Source: Sphingomicrobium sp.
GTDB lineage: Bacteria; Pseudomonadota; Alphaproteobacteria; Sphingomonadales; Sphingomonadaceae
Length of the DNA: 54,028 bases
Assembly: GCA_035318245.1 (NCBI GenBank)
Contig: DATHFE010000020.1
Location: 1 to 54,028 of the forward strand
Reading direction: 5' to 3'
The notes beneath the pieces were generated by a model. The model made no database searches and was not told the origin of the DNA. It saw only the letters and a list, made by a program, of their open reading frames with translations. Shown here piece after piece: positions 50,057 through 54,028 of this stretch. The translations under genes and the position numbers were made by a program. Within the stretch, counting starts at the first letter, position 1. Each line of letters starts with the position of its first letter.

Positions 50057-51052
50057 TTAACGGCCGATCAGGCGGGCCGCGTCGAGCGCATGATAGGTCA
50101 GTACGCCGGCCGCACCTGCACGCTTGAAGGCGATCAGCGTTTCGAGGATCAGTGCGTCGCGGTCCCCCGCGCCCGCCGCCGCGCCCGCTTCGATCATCGC
50201 ATACTCTCCGGACACCTGATAAGCGAAGGTCGGGACACCGAAGCGCTCCTTCACCGCCGCGATGACGTCGAGATAGGGTAGTCCCGGCTTGACCATCACC
50301 ATGTCAGCGCCCTCGGCGATGTCGAGCGCGACTTCGCGCAACGCCTCGGCGCCATTGGCCGGGTCCATCTGGTAACCGCGCTTGTCGCCCTTCAGCAGCC
50401 CCTTCGACCCGACCGCATCGCGGAATGGACCGTAGAAGGCCGAGGCATATTTCGCCGCATAGGCCATGATTGCGGTGTCGACCTTGCCTTCGCTCTCGAG
50501 TGCGGCGCGAATGGCACCGATGCGGCCGTCCATCATGTCAGACGGCGCGACGATATCGGCCCCGGCTTCGGCCTGGACCAAAGCCTGCTCAACCAGCACC
50601 TTGGTCGTCTCATCGTTGAGCACGCGACCCGCCGCATCGGTCAGCCCGTCATGGCCATGGCTGGTGTAAGGATCGAGCGCGACGTCGGTGAGGATTCCAA
50701 TGTCCGGCACCGCGTCCTTGATCGCCCGGATTGCCCGGCACATCAGATTTTCGCGGTTCAACGCCTCGCGAGCCTCCTCGCTGCGCAGGTTGGCAGGCGT
50801 ATTTGGGAATAAGGCAATGCACGGGATGCCGAGCGCGACGGCTTCCTTAGCCTTTCCTGCAAGCCGATCGACGCTCCAGCGGCTAACCCCCGGGAGCGAC
50901 GCGATCGGCTCCTCGCACCCCTGCCCTTCGCAGATGAACACAGGCCAGATGAGGTCGCTCGGGTGCAGCCGATGCTCGGCCAGCATACTCCGAATCCATG
51001 GCGAAGAGCGTCCGCGGCGCATGCGGGTCGACGGAAAGCTAGGCTGGGTCAT
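50057..51052 (-). CDS. hemB: Porphobilinogen synthase
   Basis: DVALDPYTSHGHDG (Asp-rich, non-zinc type), SDMMDGR, MVKPG, YQVSGEY. Confidence 0.98.
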   Translation of the reverse strand: MTQPSFPSTRMRRGRSSPWIRSMLAEHRLHPSDLIWPVFICEGQGCEEPIASLPGVSRWSVDRLAGKAKEAVALGIPCIALFPNTPANLRSEEAREALNRENLMCRAIRAIKDAVPDIGILTDVALDPYTSHGHDGLTDAAGRVLNDETTKVLVEQALVQAEAGADIVAPSDMMDGRIGAIRAALESEGKVDTAIMAYAAKYASAFYGPFRDAVGSKGLLKGDKRGYQMDPANGAEALREVALDIAEGADMVMVKPGLPYLDVIAAVKERFGVPTFAYQVSGEYAMIEAGAAAGAGDRDALILETLIAFKRAGAAGVLTYHALDAARLIGR

Positions 51053-51115
51053 GGTGCGACGCGTCTAGCGCGGGATGGCCACGGAAAGAAAGCCGCGCCC
51101 GAGCATTAAGCAGGG

Positions 51116-52012
51116 GTGGCGGGCACATCACTTCCTCGAAAGGCGATCCTGGTCGTCAACGCCCACAGCCGCAGGGGGCGCGACGCATTCGAGGAAGCGG
51201 TTGAGAAATTGACCGCGGCCGGGATCGACCTGATCGACAGTCACGCAGTCAAAAACCCCGAAATCATGGAACCTGTAGTCAAGGCAGCGATCACCAAGGC
51301 GCCGATGGTGATCCTGGGCGGCGGCGACGGGACATTGTCGTCGAACGTGGATCATTTCATGGGCACCAGGAAGGTGTTTGCGATCCTCCCGATGGGCACC
51401 GCCAACAGCTTCGCCAGGACGCTCGGCATCCCGCTCGACATAGACGGAGCGGTTGCCGTGATCGCCAACGGGCGGCGCAGGCGGATCGACCTTGGCCGCA
51501 TCGACGGCGATTATTTCGCCAACGCCGCTGCAATGGGCCTTTCGCCGCTGATCGCCGATTCCGTGCCGCGGTATTTGAAGCGCTATTTCGGGATCATCGG
51601 ATACCTCATCTGGGCGGTGCGCTGTGCCTTTCGGTTCCGCCCATTTCGCCTTACGGTCGACGACGGCAAGGCCAGGGCGACGGTCTGGGCAACCGAGGTG
51701 CGGATCGCCAACGGCAGGCATTTGGGCGGGGTCGAGTTGGTCGAGGATGCTGCCCTCGACAGCGGCGAGATCATCGTCCAGGCGGTCACAGGCCGCCATC
51801 TCGGCAGGCTGGCCTGGAACTGGTTCGCTGCATTGTTCAAATTGAGCTCGCGAGAGGCGACCGTGACCGAATTCCACGGCCGCAAGCTCAAGCTCGATAC
51901 CCGCCCCAGCCAGAACATTTCCATCGACGGCGAGGTCGCGGCGAAGACTCCGGTCACCGTGACCGTCGCCCGACAAGCGGTCACGGTTGCCGCGCCTAAC
52001 CCGCCGGATTGA
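51116..52012 (+). CDS. Diacylglycerol/lipid kinase family protein
   Basis: VVNAHS, GGGDGT, PMGTANSFA, IDGE. Confidence 0.92.
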   Translation: MAGTSLPRKAILVVNAHSRRGRDAFEEAVEKLTAAGIDLIDSHAVKNPEIMEPVVKAAITKAPMVILGGGDGTLSSNVDHFMGTRKVFAILPMGTANSFARTLGIPLDIDGAVAVIANGRRRRIDLGRIDGDYFANAAAMGLSPLIADSVPRYLKRYFGIIGYLIWAVRCAFRFRPFRLTVDDGKARATVWATEVRIANGRHLGGVELVEDAALDSGEIIVQAVTGRHLGRLAWNWFAALFKLSSREATVTEFHGRKLKLDTRPSQNISIDGEVAAKTPVTVTVARQAVTVAAPNPPD

Positions 52013-53444
52013 TCCGGCCGCCTGGCTCGGTCAGCCCTTCGGCATCTTCGATCGCCTGGTCGGACGTGATCGGCGCCATCAGGCGCGCTTTCCGCCAGCC
52101 GCCATGGCGGTAGAATGCGATTGCCATGACCATGTTGGCGAGGCTGCTGACCGGGAAGCTCAGCCACAGCGCATCGGCACCGAGCCAGCGATAGGCGATC
52201 AGCGCGAAGCCCAGGCGGAACGGATAAAGGCCGATGGCGAGGATGATCAGGGGTCCGAGCACCGCGCCGTTGGCGCGCACCGTACCGAACAGGATCATCG
52301 TCACCCCGAACAACAGGAAGCTCCAGGTGGCGAGCAATTGGATGTGGCGCGCGATCGGCAGCGCCGGACTGTCCGAGCCGAGGAACAGGGCCAGGGCCGG
52401 ACGGTCGGCGAACGCGAGCAGGACCACCAGCGCGCCGGTGATCAGCAGATTATAGTTGATGCCCGAGCGGGTGATGCTGCTGACCCGGTCCCATTTGCCG
52501 GCGCCGATATTCTGCGCCGCCATGGCGCTGACCGCGGCGCCCAAGGCCATCGCCGGCATCTGCAAATAGGTCCATAATTGCATCGCGACGCCGAATGCGG
52601 CGGTGGTTTCGACGCCCTCGCGGTTGACCAGCCCGATGGTCGCCAGCGCCGAGGATGAGATGACGATCATCTGCAGGCCCATCGGGAGGCCCTTGCGGAG
52701 GATAGTGCCCAGCAGCGCGCGTTCGGGAATGAGGTAGCGCAGTTCGGCGCCCTTGAGGCGCAGCGGCAGGTCGCGGGCGTAGATGTAGACGATCAGCGCG
52801 AACAGCGCGACATAGTTGGCGATAACGGTAGCGAGCGCGCTTCCAGCGATGCCGAGTTGCGGCGCCGGGCCCAGGCCGAGAATGAATACCGGGTTGAGCC
52901 CGGCGTCGAGGAACACTGCGAGCATCATGAACCACAAGGGGGTCACGGCATCGCCGCTGCCGCGCAAGGTCATCATCATCAAGACCAGCAGCAAGATCGC
53001 CGGCATGGCGACGAAGATCACGCGGAGGTAGGCCAGGGCCAGCGGCAGCGCTTCGGGCGGCATGGCGAGCAGTCTCAATAGTGCCGGCGCGGCCACCCAA
53101 CCGACGACTCCGATGCCGATCGCGACGGGCAGGAAGCCGCCGATCGCGGTTCCCATCACCCGGCGCGCGCCGTCGACGTCGCCGCGCCCCCACGACTGGC
53201 CGACCATCACCGTCGCCGCCATGCCGAAGCCGAACACGAAGGCCATCAGCAGGAACATCACCATGTTGGCGTTGAAGGTCGAGGCGAGCGCCTTCTCGCC
53301 GAGGAAGCGGCCGATCCATACCGAATTGATCGACCCGTTGAGCGACTGGAGGATCGACGAGGCGAGCGTCGGCAGCGCAAACATCAGCAGGGTTCGCCCG
53401 ATCGCGCCTTGCGTCAGGTCGCGCTGTTTGGGTCGCGACGCCAT
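51996..53444 (-). CDS. MATE family efflux transporter
   Basis: DLTQG, LRGSGD..TP, GIAGSALAT, AQNIGAG; about 12 TM helices. Confidence 0.93.
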   Translation of the reverse strand: MASRPKQRDLTQGAIGRTLLMFALPTLASSILQSLNGSINSVWIGRFLGEKALASTFNANMVMFLLMAFVFGFGMAATVMVGQSWGRGDVDGARRVMGTAIGGFLPVAIGIGVVGWVAAPALLRLLAMPPEALPLALAYLRVIFVAMPAILLLVLMMMTLRGSGDAVTPLWFMMLAVFLDAGLNPVFILGLGPAPQLGIAGSALATVIANYVALFALIVYIYARDLPLRLKGAELRYLIPERALLGTILRKGLPMGLQMIVISSSALATIGLVNREGVETTAAFGVAMQLWTYLQMPAMALGAAVSAMAAQNIGAGKWDRVSSITRSGINYNLLITGALVVLLAFADRPALALFLGSDSPALPIARHIQLLATWSFLLFGVTMILFGTVRANGAVLGPLIILAIGLYPFRLGFALIAYRWLGADALWLSFPVSSLANMVMAIAFYRHGGWRKARLMAPITSDQAIEDAEGLTEPGGRINPAG

Positions 53445-54028
53445 CAGCCGAGCCTCGCCAGCGCCGCCGCGAGCCGCTCCGCTTCTGCGGCGCGAGCGTC
53501 ATGATCGGCGCGGGCTTTTTCAACCGCTTCTGGCTTAGCGCGTTCGGTGAAGGCGGGATTGTTCAGGCGCCCGGCGAGCGAATCGCGGTCTTTTTCCGCC
53601 GCCGCGACCGCTTTGGACAGGCGCGAGCGCTCGGCGTCGAGATCGATCGCCCCGGCCAGCGGGAAGGCGTAGGTCACTCCGCCGACCACGATCTGCGCCG
53701 AGCCTTCGGGCACGGTCTCACTCGCCGAGGCCAGGCCGAGCTTGGCCATGCGGGCGAGCGTCGGTGCGTTGACCACGACGCGTTCGATTGCCTTGCTGTC
53801 TCCGCCAACTACGACCGGTTCCAAGCTCACGCTCCACGGAACGTTCAGTTCGGTCCTCATGGCGCGAGCCTCGCCGATAAATTCGACGAGCCAGCCGATC
53901 TCGGCGCTCGCCGTGGCGTCGCCTTTCGCCTCTGGCCTTGGCCATTTGGCGACGATCAATTCGTACGGCCGCTCTCCCATCGAATGCCATAATTCCTCGG
54001 TGACGAACGGCATGAACGGGTGGAGCAT
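53444..54028 (-). CDS. valS: Valine--tRNA ligase, C-terminal part (starts beyond window end)
   Basis: LHPFMPFVTEELW anticodon domain and IDLDAERSRL...LNNPAF..AKPEAV coiled-coil arm. Confidence 0.95.
   Translation of the reverse strand: MLHPFMPFVTEELWHSMGERPYELIVAKWPRPEAKGDATASAEIGWLVEFIGEARAMRTELNVPWSVSLEPVVVGGDSKAIERVVVNAPTLARMAKLGLASASETVPEGSAQIVVGGVTYAFPLAGAIDLDAERSRLSKAVAAAEKDRDSLAGRLNNPAFTERAKPEAVEKARADHDARAAEAERLAAALARLG

Noticed and set aside
813-53992. Many long antisense or alternate-frame ORFs (e.g. 813..1784, 6274..7236, 21123..22199, 31945..33036, 52450..53523)
   Set aside because: These are shadow ORFs expected in high-GC DNA opposite well-supported genes; they show no recognisable motifs.
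1-54028. CRISPR array, IS element, rRNA or riboswitch
   Set aside because: No regularly spaced repeats, transposase motifs or recognisable RNA family were seen by eye; an Rfam/Infernal scan would be needed to exclude small ncRNAs.

Overview
A GC-rich alphaproteobacterial chromosome segment. Gene content and synteny point to a sphingomonad (inference). Most of it is core metabolism: folE, grxC, comF, accA, xerD, aroK/aroB, a Kef-type antiporter, cysS, cvpA, radA, cysK, a PAS-GGDEF-EAL-PilZ protein, a LiuR-like MerR regulator with an acyl-CoA dehydrogenase, purF, cfa, the 2-oxoacid:ferredoxin oxidoreductase alpha and beta subunits, rppH, astA/astB, hemB, a MATE transporter, partial valS and two tRNA-Arg genes. 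The left ~5.7 kb is accessory. It holds a gene-transfer-agent (GTA) remnant (5'-truncated tail gene plus DUF2793 next to ompA, with a TTGACA promoter abutting the break), an orphan multi-PAS histidine kinase, a signal-peptide-bearing protein built from Hcp (T6SS tube) motifs, and two small ORFs each behind a perfect EcfG-type promoter. Several genes are missing from the ORF track: a Flp pilin with a CtrA box, a 45-aa membrane protein, and a 28-aa transmembrane microprotein coupled at both ends between korA and korB. I found no CRISPR array, IS element or rRNA. Family assignments come from motif recognition only; no searches were run.
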